Positions 18,187-26,594 of a stretch of 64,000 bases of DNA are shown here, one piece after another. The DNA lies in contig JADLCV010000127.1 in assembly GCA_020846995.1 (NCBI GenBank), positions 19,364 through 83,363 of the forward strand. The letters run 5' to 3'. The DNA is from Paracoccaceae bacterium. Its GTDB lineage: Bacteria; Pseudomonadota; Alphaproteobacteria; Rhodobacterales; Rhodobacteraceae. The notes below the pieces were generated by a model. That model was not told the origin of the DNA. It searched no databases and saw only the letters and a list, made by a program, of their open reading frames with translations. How positions within the stretch are numbered: the first letter of the stretch is position 1; every line of letters starts with the position of its first letter. A program made the translations under genes and the position numbers.

Positions 18187-19529
18187 GGGGCCTGCGCGCC
18201 GCTCCGGCGCTCGCGCTCGCCCTCCTCGCCGCCCTTGCCCGGCCGGCGCCGGGCTGGGAGGTGCCGGCGATCCCCGGCACCGACGAGGTGGCGGCGATCC
18301 GGACCGCGATCGAGGCCCGTCCCCTGCCCGCGACCGCCCCCGGGCGCGTTCTCCTCGCCCGCGTGGCCGAGGACCGGGCGCTGCGCCGGCTCTACCGCGA
18401 CGGGGCCCCCGGGGCCGAACGCTGGACGGGCACCGGCATCGTCATCGAGACCGGCGTCTTCGACCTCCCCGGCCTCGCCCGCGCCCTCCCCGCGCCGGGC
18501 TGGCTCGACTGCGCCGGCGCCCTCTGCACCCTCCGCGCCCCGCTCGTCGTCCGCCCCGGGGCGACACTTGTCGTCGCCGACGTGACCCTGCGGCTCTCGC
18601 AGGAGCACGGGGCGGGAATCATCAGCCACGGTCGGCTCGCGGTCAGCGACGCGACCGTCACCGGCTGGCATCTGGGTGCTCACCGGCCGGCCGCGACCGA
18701 CGCCGAGGGGCGCGGCTTCCGCCCCTTCCTCGCCGGGCTCGAGGGCGGGGAAACCCTGATCCGCCGCGCCCGCCTCGCCCATCTCGGATATCAGGCGCAC
18801 CTTGCCTACGGGCTGAGCCTTGCCACCGTGGACCGTGAGAGCACGACCCTGCACCCCCGCGCGGACATCGTCGCGAGCCGGATCGAGGATGCCTACATCG
18901 GCATCTACAGCTTCGATGCCGTGGGCGTGAACGTCATCGCCAACACCATCAGCCTTCCCCACCTCTACGGCATCGACCCCCACGACGACAGCCGCGACCT
19001 GCTCATCGCCGAGAACCGCGTCGAGGGCGCGCGCCGCAGCCACGGCATCATCCTGTCGCGCCGCATCCGCCGCGCCGCGGTCGTCAGGAACACCAGCCGC
19101 GCCAACGCCGGGGCGGGGTTCTTCATCGAGAAGGCGAGCCACAACGCCGTCTTCGCCGGCAACCTCGCCGAGGCGAACGGGGGCGACGGCCTCGTCGTCC
19201 ACGAGAGCCGCGAGGTCGTCCTCTCCGGCAACCGGCTGGCGGGGAACGCCGGCGACGGCATCCGCATCCGCGCCTCGTTCCGCATCGGCGTCTACGACAA
19301 CGCGATCGTCGGGAACGGCCGCTACGGCCTGCGCATCTACGACTTCGCGCATGCCCGGCGGCGGCCGACGGCCGAGGAGGCGGGGCAGATCCTGCCCGTG
19401 CTGGTGCGGGTGGGCGCGAACCGCATCGAGGGGAACGGCGCCGGCGCCTGCGCCGCCCCGGCGGCCGATGCCGCTGTGGTCTTCGAGGCCGCGGGCGTCT
19501 GCACCCTGCCCCCGCCCTCGCCCCCCTGA
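18183..19529 (+). CDS. Secreted right-handed beta-helix protein, AlgG-like polysaccharide C5-epimerase family
   Basis: ATG at 18183 overlaps the mutL stop (ATGA). Signal peptide MRGLRAAPALALALLAALA. YGIDPHD at 18966-18986 matches the YG(F/I)DPH(D/E)/DPHD epimerase active-site motif. Repeated NxxxGNxxxGI beta-helix turns are present. Confidence 0.8.
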   Translation: MRGLRAAPALALALLAALARPAPGWEVPAIPGTDEVAAIRTAIEARPLPATAPGRVLLARVAEDRALRRLYRDGAPGAERWTGTGIVIETGVFDLPGLARALPAPGWLDCAGALCTLRAPLVVRPGATLVVADVTLRLSQEHGAGIISHGRLAVSDATVTGWHLGAHRPAATDAEGRGFRPFLAGLEGGETLIRRARLAHLGYQAHLAYGLSLATVDRESTTLHPRADIVASRIEDAYIGIYSFDAVGVNVIANTISLPHLYGIDPHDDSRDLLIAENRVEGARRSHGIILSRRIRRAAVVRNTSRANAGAGFFIEKASHNAVFAGNLAEANGGDGLVVHESREVVLSGNRLAGNAGDGIRIRASFRIGVYDNAIVGNGRYGLRIYDFAHARRRPTAEEAGQILPVLVRVGANRIEGNGAGACAAPAADAAVVFEAAGVCTLPPPSPP

Positions 19530-19640
19530 CCGGCGCCGGGCGCGGGGGGCCGGCCCGCCCGGGGCCGGCGCGCCCACGGGGCCGTGATTTCCTTCCCCCC
19601 GGCGATGCGCTAGAGGGCGCGGGGAACCCCTGCCGTCCCG

Positions 19641-19664
19641 GGGGGCGGCCGCGCGCGCGCCCCC
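19641..19664. repeat. Imperfect GC palindrome GGGGGCGGCCGCGCGCGCGCCCCC (same family as 12365 and 36550)
   Basis: Read directly. The outer 7 bp pair perfectly. The flank CCCCGGGGCCCCTGCGCGG resembles the flank of the 36550 copy. Confidence 0.6.
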
Positions 19665-19733
19665 GGGGCCCCTGCGCGGCTGGGGCGCGCGGGCGCGGGC
19701 CGGGTGGCCGACCCGGAGCGAGAGGAGGCAGGC

Positions 19734-20159
19734 ATGGGCGAGACACGGCAGGGACGGGGCGCGGGGCCCACACAGCGCCAGTTGCGGGTCGGCGAAACCA
19801 TCCGCCGCCGCCTCGCCGAGGTGCTGGGGAAGGGTGAGATCCACGACCCCGAGCTCGACCGGCTGGCGATCACCGTCAGCGAGGTGCGGGCCTCGCCCGA
19901 CCTCCGCCAGGCCACGGCCTATGTCCTCCCGCTCGGCGGGGCAGGGGGCGAGGCGGCGCTCGCGCTCCTTGGCCGCCACCGCGGCGCCCTGCGCCGGGCG
20001 GTGGCGGCCTCGCTCGGGCTCAAGTTCGCGCCCGACCTGCGCTTCGTGCTCGACGACGCCTTCGACCGGGCCGAGGCGATGCGGCGCCTTCTTGACGCCC
20101 CCGCGGTAAGGGCCGACCTCGCCCGCCCGCGGGCGGGCGGCGGCGACGACGACGGCTGA
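19734..20159 (+). CDS. rbfA: Ribosome-binding factor A
   Basis: ATG at 19734 lies 5 nt after GAGGAGG. Sequence [18 protein letters not shown]...[19 protein letters not shown]...[14 protein letters not shown]. Confidence 0.9.
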   Translation: MGETRQGRGAGPTQRQLRVGETIRRRLAEVLGKGEIHDPELDRLAITVSEVRASPDLRQATAYVLPLGGAGGEAALALLGRHRGALRRAVAASLGLKFAPDLRFVLDDAFDRAEAMRRLLDAPAVRADLARPRAGGGDDDG

Positions 20160-20162
20160 GCG

Positions 20163-20948
20163 ATGCCGCCCCGCCGCCCGCCCGCGCCCCGATGCGCCCT
20201 GGCGGCCGCCCTTGCCGCCGTCGCCTTCCTTCTTCTCGTCGCCGGCCCGGCCGCCGCCCTCTGCCGGCGCGTGAGCCACGAGGGCCGGGGTTACGCCGTA
20301 TGCGAGGCGGTCGCGGGCGAGGATGCGCTGCGCCTCTGGCTGGGCGACGGCGGCGGCACCGCCTGGGGCAGCTTCGAGCGGCTGAACGCGGGCCTCGCGG
20401 CTGCGGGCCAGCGGCTCGGCTTTGCCATGAACGCGGGCATGTTCCACGCCGACCTCCGTCCGGTCGGCCTCTACGTCGAGGACGGCCGCACCCTCGCCCC
20501 CCTTGTCACCGCCGCCGGGCCGGGCAACTTCGGCATGCTGCCGAACGGCGTCTTCTGCATCCTCACGGGCGGCTTCGCGGTCGTCGAGAGCCGCGCCTTC
20601 GCCGCCCGGCCGCTTCCCTGCCGCCACGCCACCCAGTCCGGCCCGATGCTCGTCATCGCCGGGCGCCTGCACCCGCGCTTCCTCGCCGACGCGACCTCGC
20701 GCCACATCCGCAACGGCGTCGGCGTCAGCGCCGACGGCCGCCGCGCGGTCTTCGCCATCGCCGAGACGCCGGTGACGTTCCACGAGTTCGGGCGGCTCTT
20801 CCGCGACGGCCTCGGGCTCGGCCAGGCGCTCTATCTCGACGGCGCCGTCTCGCGCCTTCATGCCCCGGCACTCGGGCTTGGCGGCGGCGGGCTGCGCCCG
20901 GTCGGTCCCATCGTCGGCACCCTCGTGCCGGCCGCGCCCGCGCGTTGA
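20163..20948 (+). CDS. Phosphodiester glycosidase family protein (DUF2233-like), secreted or anchored
   Basis: 261 aa with an N-terminal hydrophobic segment. FAMNAGMF...GLYVEDG...NGVF...ATQSGPMLV...[11 protein letters not shown]...ALYLDGAVS fits my memory of DUF2233/NAGPA-like proteins. Confidence 0.7.
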   Translation: MPPRRPPAPRCALAAALAAVAFLLLVAGPAAALCRRVSHEGRGYAVCEAVAGEDALRLWLGDGGGTAWGSFERLNAGLAAAGQRLGFAMNAGMFHADLRPVGLYVEDGRTLAPLVTAAGPGNFGMLPNGVFCILTGGFAVVESRAFAARPLPCRHATQSGPMLVIAGRLHPRFLADATSRHIRNGVGVSADGRRAVFAIAETPVTFHEFGRLFRDGLGLGQALYLDGAVSRLHAPALGLGGGGLRPVGPIVGTLVPAAPAR

Positions 20949-21001
20949 CGCCGCCGCCGGCGGCCGCTAGCAGGCGGGCCGGCCGGCAGAAGGGGGATGG
21001 C

Positions 21002-21913
21002 ATGGGACGACGGCGCGGGGGGGAGGGCGGCGAGGTCGCGGGCTGGCTCGTCGTCGACAAGCCCTCGGGGATCACCTCGACCGCGGTCGTCAACCGGGCG
21101 CGGCGGGCGCTCGGGGCGGCGCGGGCGGGCCACGCCGGCACCCTCGACCCGGCCGCGACCGGGGTTCTTGCCATCGCCTTCGGCGAGGCGACGAAGACCA
21201 TCCCCCATCTCGCCGGATGCCTCAAGACCTACCGCTTCCGCGTCCGCTGGGGGGCGGCGACGACAACCGACGATGCCGAGGGCGAGGTTCTCCTGACCTC
21301 GCCCGACCGCCCCGGGGCGGCGGCGATCGCGGCCGCCCTGCCCGCCTTCCGCGGCGACATCCTGCAGGTGCCGCCGCAGGTCTCGGCGGTGCACGTCGCC
21401 GGGGCGCGGGCCTACGACCTCGCCCGCGCCGGCACGCCGGTCGATCTCGCCCCCCGGCCCCTGCATGTCGCCCGCCTCGAGCTTGGCGGCGGCCCCGACG
21501 CCGACCATGCCGATTTCGAGATGGTCTGCGGCAAGGGCGGCTACGTCCGCGCCGTCGCCCGCGACCTCGGCCGGGTGCTCGGCTGCTTCGGCCATGTCGC
21601 GGCCCTGCGGCGGCTCGCGGCGGGGCCGTTCCGGGCCGAGGACGGGGTGAGCCTCGTGACGCTCGAGGCCGAGGCCGGGACGCCCGCGCTCGCCGCCCGC
21701 CTCCTGCCGCTCGAGGCGGGGCTCGCGCTCCTCCCGCAGGTCCGCGCGACGGCCGCGGGCGTCGCCCGCCTGCGCCAGGGGGCGCCGGGCGCGATCCTCG
21801 CCCACGACCTCGCCCCCGGCACTCTCGCCTGGGCGAGCGACGGCGGCCGGGCGGTCGCCGTCGGCCGCTGCCTCGGGGGAGAGCTTCGTCCCGAGCGGGT
21901 GTTTGCCGCCTGA
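21002..21913 (+). CDS. truB: tRNA pseudouridine(55) synthase
   Basis: [18 protein letters not shown]...[14 protein letters not shown] (catalytic Asp motif)...[24 protein letters not shown] at 21002 is in frame in the tracked ORF. Confidence 0.9.
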   Translation: MGRRRGGEGGEVAGWLVVDKPSGITSTAVVNRARRALGAARAGHAGTLDPAATGVLAIAFGEATKTIPHLAGCLKTYRFRVRWGAATTTDDAEGEVLLTSPDRPGAAAIAAALPAFRGDILQVPPQVSAVHVAGARAYDLARAGTPVDLAPRPLHVARLELGGGPDADHADFEMVCGKGGYVRAVARDLGRVLGCFGHVAALRRLAAGPFRAEDGVSLVTLEAEAGTPALAARLLPLEAGLALLPQVRATAAGVARLRQGAPGAILAHDLAPGTLAWASDGGRAVAVGRCLGGELRPERVFAA

Positions 21914-21926
21914 CCGCCCGCCCCCC

Positions 21927-23039
21927 TCAGGCCGCGAGGGCCCCGCCGATCGTGGACCCCGGGGTGTTGGCGACAAGCTCGATGTCGTCGGCCGTCAGGC
22001 CCGCGCCGCCGGGCACCGCGGCCACGCGCACCCCGTCGAGGAGGACGTAGGCGGTATCGCCCTCGGTCTCGACCGTGATCTCGGGGTCGGGGGTGGCGGC
22101 GGGATCGAAGACGACGCCGATGCGGTCCTCGGCGGGGTCGAAGTCGGTGATCGTCGCCACCGTGCCCGGGGGCATCCAGTCGCCGACGGCAAAGAGATCC
22201 TCGCCCTCGCCGCCGCTGAGGATGTCGTCGGCCCCGCCGATCAGCGTGTCGGCGCCGTCGCCGCCGTTGAGGAAGTCCTGACCGTCCCCGTCGGCCGGCG
22301 GCCCCTCGCCGCCCGGGCCGCGGACGACGCCCGAAAGGATGTCGTCGCCGTCGTCGCCGAAGAGGAGATCCTGCCCGAGCCCGCCGGTCAGGCTGTCGCC
22401 GTCCAGGCCGCCGGCGAGGGTGTCATCGCCCTCGCCGCCCGTCAGCCGGTCCGCGCCCGGCCCGCCGGCAAGCGAATCGTCCCCCGCCCCCCCGTCCAGC
22501 CGGTCGTCGCCGTCCTGGCCGTTCAGCCGGTCGTCGCCGTCGCCGCCGAGAAGGGTGTCGTGGCCGATGTCGCCGTCGATCGAATCGTCGCCCGCCCCGC
22601 CCGCCCCGAGGTCGTCGCCCGCCCCGCCGTCGATGGTGTCGCGGCCGTCGCCGCCGTCGAGGCGGTCGTCGCCGTCGCCGCCGCCGACGAGGTCGTCGCC
22701 GCCCTGCCCCCAGATCTGGTCCTTGCCGCGCCAGCCGGCGAGAAGGTCGTTGCCGTCGCCGCCGACCTGGAGCCCGTTGCCGCCCCCGACCGGCGGCCCC
22801 CCGCCGTCCCCGCCGCCGCCGGCCCCATCGGTGTCATCGCTGACGGCGTCGTCGCCGGCCGCCCCCGGCAGCGCGGCCATCCGGGCGATGAGGTCCTCGC
22901 CCTCGCCGCCGCCCTCGCCCCCCTCGCGCGCGGGCGGATCCTCGCCCTCGTCCTCGCCGCCCTCGTCCGGCCGCAGGAGCCCGTCGGCAACCAGCCCCGC
23001 CGCCAGCACACCCGCCAGCCCCATGATCGCCAGCAGCAT
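21927..23039 (-). CDS. Membrane-anchored hemolysin-type (RTX) calcium-binding repeat protein
   Basis: N-terminal hydrophobic segment MLLAIMGLAGVLAAGLVADGLL, an acidic E/G/D linker, 16 uninterrupted GGxGxDxxx nonapeptides plus 3-4 more, and a roughly 90-aa C-terminal domain. The start was chosen at ATG 23037-23039; the tracked start is 23081. Confidence 0.8.
   Translation of the reverse strand: MLLAIMGLAGVLAAGLVADGLLRPDEGGEDEGEDPPAREGGEGGGEGEDLIARMAALPGAAGDDAVSDDTDGAGGGGDGGGPPVGGGNGLQVGGDGNDLLAGWRGKDQIWGQGGDDLVGGGDGDDRLDGGDGRDTIDGGAGDDLGAGGAGDDSIDGDIGHDTLLGGDGDDRLNGQDGDDRLDGGAGDDSLAGGPGADRLTGGEGDDTLAGGLDGDSLTGGLGQDLLFGDDGDDILSGVVRGPGGEGPPADGDGQDFLNGGDGADTLIGGADDILSGGEGEDLFAVGDWMPPGTVATITDFDPAEDRIGVVFDPAATPDPEITVETEGDTAYVLLDGVRVAAVPGGAGLTADDIELVANTPGSTIGGALAA
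22332..22763 (-). repeat. 27-nt periodic coding repeat (16 consecutive RTX nonapeptides)
   Basis: GGDGNDLLA GWRGKDQIW GQGGDDLVG GGDGDDRLD GGDGRDTID ... GDDGDDILS, counted from the translation. Coordinates were derived from residue 93 of the CDS. Confidence 0.8.
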
Positions 23040-23094
23040 CCCGCACCCCCGTCCCCCGGCCCCGCCGAATCCGTTAACCAATTAACTTCATTGG

Positions 23095-23103
23095 ATTTTA
23101 TCA
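23095..23103 (-). promoter_or_regulatory. Candidate extended -10 element TGATAAAAT for the RTX gene
   Basis: The minus-strand sequence is ggTGaTAAAAT, inside the only AT-rich patch (23068-23103) of this intergenic region, about 55 nt upstream of ATG 23039. No good -35 is present. Confidence 0.35.
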
Positions 23104-23290
23104 CCGGAATGCGGCGAAAGCGGGGCGCCCCTCCGGCCGCCGCGCCGGGGGCCCGCACGGGCCCCCTTTCCTTCGGGCGGATTTTCGCCTAAGGGCGCCC
23201 ATCCGTCCCCGCGGGGGGCGGACGCTCCACCGACGCGGCTGGACGACATCCCGGCCGGCGCCATCCCCGATGCCACGAAAGGAGACCCCG

Positions 23291-23560
23291 ATGTCGATTG
23301 CCGCCGACGCCAAGGCGCAGCTCATCAAGGACTACGCCACCGGCACCACGGACACCGGCTCGCCCGAGGTCCAGGTCGCGATCCTCTCGACCCGGATCGC
23401 CGCCCTGACCGAGCACTTCAAGACTCATGTCAAGGACAACCACTCGCGCCGCGGGCTCCTCAAGCTCGTCGCCCAGCGCCGCAAGCTCCTCGACTACCTC
23501 AAGCGCCGCGACGAGACGCGCTACCAGTCCCTGATCGGCCGCCTCGGCCTGCGCCGCTAG
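23291..23560 (+). CDS. rpsO: 30S ribosomal protein S15
   Basis: ATG at 23291 follows AAAGGAG. Sequence [89 protein letters not shown]. Confidence 0.95.
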   Translation: MSIAADAKAQLIKDYATGTTDTGSPEVQVAILSTRIAALTEHFKTHVKDNHSRRGLLKLVAQRRKLLDYLKRRDETRYQSLIGRLGLRR

Positions 23561-23573
23561 GGCAGGGGCACCG

Positions 23574-23600
23574 CCCGGCCCGCGAGGGCGCCGGGCCGGG
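23574..23600 (+). terminator. 8-bp GC hairpin (CCCGGCCC / GGGCCGGG, 11-nt loop) 14 nt after the rpsO stop
   Basis: Pairing was checked base by base. No U-tract follows, so terminator function is only inferred. Confidence 0.35.
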
Positions 23601-24228
23601 CCTGCCGACCGGGGCGGGCACCGGCGCGGCCCGGCACGGCATGGGCCGCCGGGCCGCAAGGCCCGGTCCCACCCGGGCGCGCGATCCCGGCACCGGGCGG
23701 CGCGAAGCGTCCGCCCTCCCTGCGGCATGAACCGCAACGGCGACGGCCCGCGACACGGCCACCCGCCGCAACCGCCGCGGATCGCAGGGGCCGCTCCGGG
23801 GCGGCCCCTCCGGCCCGGGAGCACAGGCGTGCGGCGCCTTCGTGACGGGGGACGTGCCGCTCCTCGTCGTGGCTCCCCCCCTCCGGCGGCCGGCCCCCCC
23901 TGCCTGCGCCCGCCTGCGGCAGCCAGCGCCCCCGGTTGAGGGGCCAGGGCGGACCTGCTGCGCCTGCCCGCCCCGACAGTGCCGCGCAATGGCGCGGCAT
24001 GCGTCGCGGCGTCGGAACGATGGAGGCCGGCCGGGGCGCGGGGCCGGCCCGTCGCGCGGGCCTGCCTGTCGGGGCGGAACCGGCGGCGCCGGTCGAACAG
24101 GCGCTGAATCGAATTGACAGCCTGCCGGGTGTCGGCGATCCTCGGGGGATGGGGATCCGCGATCTCCCCACGAGGCGACAGCCGAAGCTCGCGTTCCGCC
24201 CGACCCTTGTTGCCAAGGAGGAACGCAG

Positions 24229-25065
24229 ATGCCTGCGCCCGACGCCATTCCTGCCGACAAGCTCGCGAAGCTGATCGGCACCCCCCGCTGCCCGGTTCTC
24301 CTCGATGTCCGCACCGCGGCCGCCCGTGCCGCCGATCCCCGCCGCATTCCCGCCGCGCGCGCCCTGGCCGAGGACGAGGCCACGCCCGAGGCGCTGGCGC
24401 GGCTTGCGCCCGCTCTCGCCGGCCCCGTCGTCGCCGTCTGCGGCGAAGGGCATCGCCGCGCCCAGGGCGCGGCCGCCCTCCTGCGCAGCGCCGGCGTCGC
24501 GGCGGAATACCTCGAGGGCGGGCAGTCGGCCTGGACCGCCGCCGGGCTGCCGCTGATCGATCCGGCCCCGATCACGGCCCGCGACAGCCGCGGCCGCAGC
24601 GTCTGGGTGACGCGCGCCCGGCCCAAGATCGACCGCATCGCCTGCCCCTGGCTGATCCGGCGCTTCGTCGATCCGGGCGCGGTCTTCCTCTTTGTCGCGC
24701 CGGCGGAGGTCCTGGGGGTCGCGGAGCTCTTCGGGGCCATGCCCTACGACATCGAGGGCGTCTTCTGGAGCCATCGCGGCGAGGGCTGCACCTTCGACAC
24801 GATGCTGGACGAGTTCGCCCTGTCGGTCCCGGCGCTCGACCGGCTGGCCGCCATCGTGCGCGGGGCCGATACGGCCAGGCCCGACCTTGCCCCCGAGGCG
24901 GCGGGGCTCCTCGCGGCCTCGCTCGGCCTCTCGCGCATGTTCGCCGACGACCTCGAGCAGCTCGAGGCCGGGATGACGCTCTACGACGCCTTCTATCGCT
25001 GGGCCCGGGATGCGGGCGAAGAGATGCACAACTGGCCGGCCAGCCGGCCGGGCGGCGGGCGGTGA
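24229..25065 (+). CDS. Rhodanese domain fused to a ChrB C-terminal (chromate resistance) domain
   Basis: Strong RBS AAGGAGG. The N-terminus has a rhodanese-like loop AVCGEGHRRAQ and YLEGGQSAW. The C-terminus has RPKIDRIACPWLIRRF...FDTMLDEF...GADTARPDLAPEAAGL, typical of the ChrB_C domain (recollection). Confidence 0.8.
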   Translation: MPAPDAIPADKLAKLIGTPRCPVLLDVRTAAARAADPRRIPAARALAEDEATPEALARLAPALAGPVVAVCGEGHRRAQGAAALLRSAGVAAEYLEGGQSAWTAAGLPLIDPAPITARDSRGRSVWVTRARPKIDRIACPWLIRRFVDPGAVFLFVAPAEVLGVAELFGAMPYDIEGVFWSHRGEGCTFDTMLDEFALSVPALDRLAAIVRGADTARPDLAPEAAGLLAASLGLSRMFADDLEQLEAGMTLYDAFYRWARDAGEEMHNWPASRPGGGR

Positions 25066-26471
25066 CGGACGGGGCGGTGGCAGGGCCGGCACCGCGGGGG
25101 GCCCGGCGGGCCCGGCCTTCGCTGGCCGCGGCGGCAGGGGTCTGGGCGCGGGTCGCGGCCCTGTCGTTCGGCGGTCCGGCCGGGCAGATCGCGGTCATGC
25201 ACCGCATCCTCGTCGAGGAGCGGCGCTGGCTTGGCGACGGCCGCTTCCTGCATGCGCTGAACTTCTGCATGCTGCTGCCGGGGCCCGAGGCGCAGCAGCT
25301 TGCGGTCTATATCGGCTGGCTTGCGCACGGGGTGCGGGGGGGCGTGATCGCGGGCGTCCTGTTCGTGCTGCCGGGTGTCCTCGCGATCATGGCGCTGAGC
25401 TGGATCTATGTCATCTTCGGCGAAGTCGGGCTGGTGGCCGGGCTCTTCTTCGGGCTCAAGGCGGCCGTCCTCGCCATCGTCCTGCAGGCGGTCGTCCGGG
25501 TCGGCCGGCGGGCGCTGACCAATGCCGCGATGCGCGGGCTGGCGGCGCTGTCCTTCGTCGCGCTCGCGGCCTTCGGCGCGCCCTTCCCGCTTGTCGTGCT
25601 GGCCGCCGCCCTGACCGGCTATCTGGGCGCGCGGGCCGGGATGGCGGCACCTGCCCCGGGCAGGGGAAGCCACGGCCCCGGCGGCGGCGCCCTGGTCGAG
25701 GACAGGGACACCCTCCTTGGCGAGGATATGGCCGCGCTTCCCGGGGCGGGGCGGCGCGGCGCGCTTCGGGCGGGCGCATGCGCGCTCGTGCTCTGGCTGG
25801 CGCCGGTCGCGGGGCTGCTCCTCGCCTTCGGTTCCGGCAATGTCTTCGCGGACATCGCCGTCTTCTTCTCGAAGATGGCGGTGGTCACGTTCGGGGGCGC
25901 CTATGCCGTCCTTGCCTATGTGGCGCAGGAGGCGGTCGGAAGCCACGGCTGGCTCGCGCCCGGAGAGATGCTCGACGGCCTCGGCATGGCCGAGACCACG
26001 CCGGGGCCGCTGATCATGGTCCTGCAGTTCGTGGGCTTCCTCGCGGCCTTTCGCGGGGCGGGCTGGGAGAACGCGCTGGCGGCCGGCACGCTGGGCGGGC
26101 TTCTCGCCACCTGGGTCACCTTCGCGCCCTGCTTTGCCTTCATCTTTCTCGGTGCGCCCCATGTCGAGGGCCTGCGCGCGAACCGCGCCCTCGCGGCGGC
26201 GCTGTCGGCGGTGACGGCCGCGGTCGTCGGCGTGATCCTGAACCTCGCCGTCTGGTTCGCGAGCCACACCGTCTGGACCGAGGTGCGCCGGATCAGGACC
26301 GGACCGCTCGACCTCGCGCTTCCGGTCCCCGGCTCGATCGACTGGGCGGCGGCGGCACTGTCGGCCCTCGCGCTCGTCGCGGTCTTCCGCCTCCGGCTCG
26401 GCATGGCGGCGGTGCTGGCCGGGGGCGCGCTTGGCGGCATGGCCCTTCACGCCCTGGGGCTTGCCGGCTGA
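25062..26471 (+). CDS. chrA: Chromate ion transporter (CHR family)
   Basis: GTG at 25062 overlaps the upstream stop (GTGA). SFGGPAGQIAVMHRILVEERRWL...LNFCMLLPGPEAQQLA in the first half and VTFGGAYAVLAYV...GMAETTPGPLIMV in the second half give the duplicated CHR-domain pattern. Confidence 0.9.
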   Translation: MTDGAVAGPAPRGARRARPSLAAAAGVWARVAALSFGGPAGQIAVMHRILVEERRWLGDGRFLHALNFCMLLPGPEAQQLAVYIGWLAHGVRGGVIAGVLFVLPGVLAIMALSWIYVIFGEVGLVAGLFFGLKAAVLAIVLQAVVRVGRRALTNAAMRGLAALSFVALAAFGAPFPLVVLAAALTGYLGARAGMAAPAPGRGSHGPGGGALVEDRDTLLGEDMAALPGAGRRGALRAGACALVLWLAPVAGLLLAFGSGNVFADIAVFFSKMAVVTFGGAYAVLAYVAQEAVGSHGWLAPGEMLDGLGMAETTPGPLIMVLQFVGFLAAFRGAGWENALAAGTLGGLLATWVTFAPCFAFIFLGAPHVEGLRANRALAAALSAVTAAVVGVILNLAVWFASHTVWTEVRRIRTGPLDLALPVPGSIDWAAAALSALALVAVFRLRLGMAAVLAGGALGGMALHALGLAG

Positions 26472-26594
26472 AGGCGGTCGCGGCCGGGCGCCGGGGCGCG
26501 GGGCCCCGGCGCGGTGCCGATGCCCCCTTGCGCGACCGCCCGGCCCGCGGCGGCGGAGCGGGGCGGGCTTGCCGCCCCGGCCCGCGGGGTTGCC

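Noticed and set aside
22332-22763. Regular 27-nt periodicity that could resemble a repeat array
   Set aside because: It is the coding sequence of RTX nonapeptides. There are no unique spacers of CRISPR type, no cas genes, and the repeats are degenerate at the DNA level.
23104-23290. An S15 autoregulatory leader RNA upstream of rpsO
   Set aside because: Only a short hairpin (CGTCC…GGACG, about 23204-23224) is visible. I cannot match it to any S15-binding structure from memory, so no call was made. A covariance-model scan would be needed.
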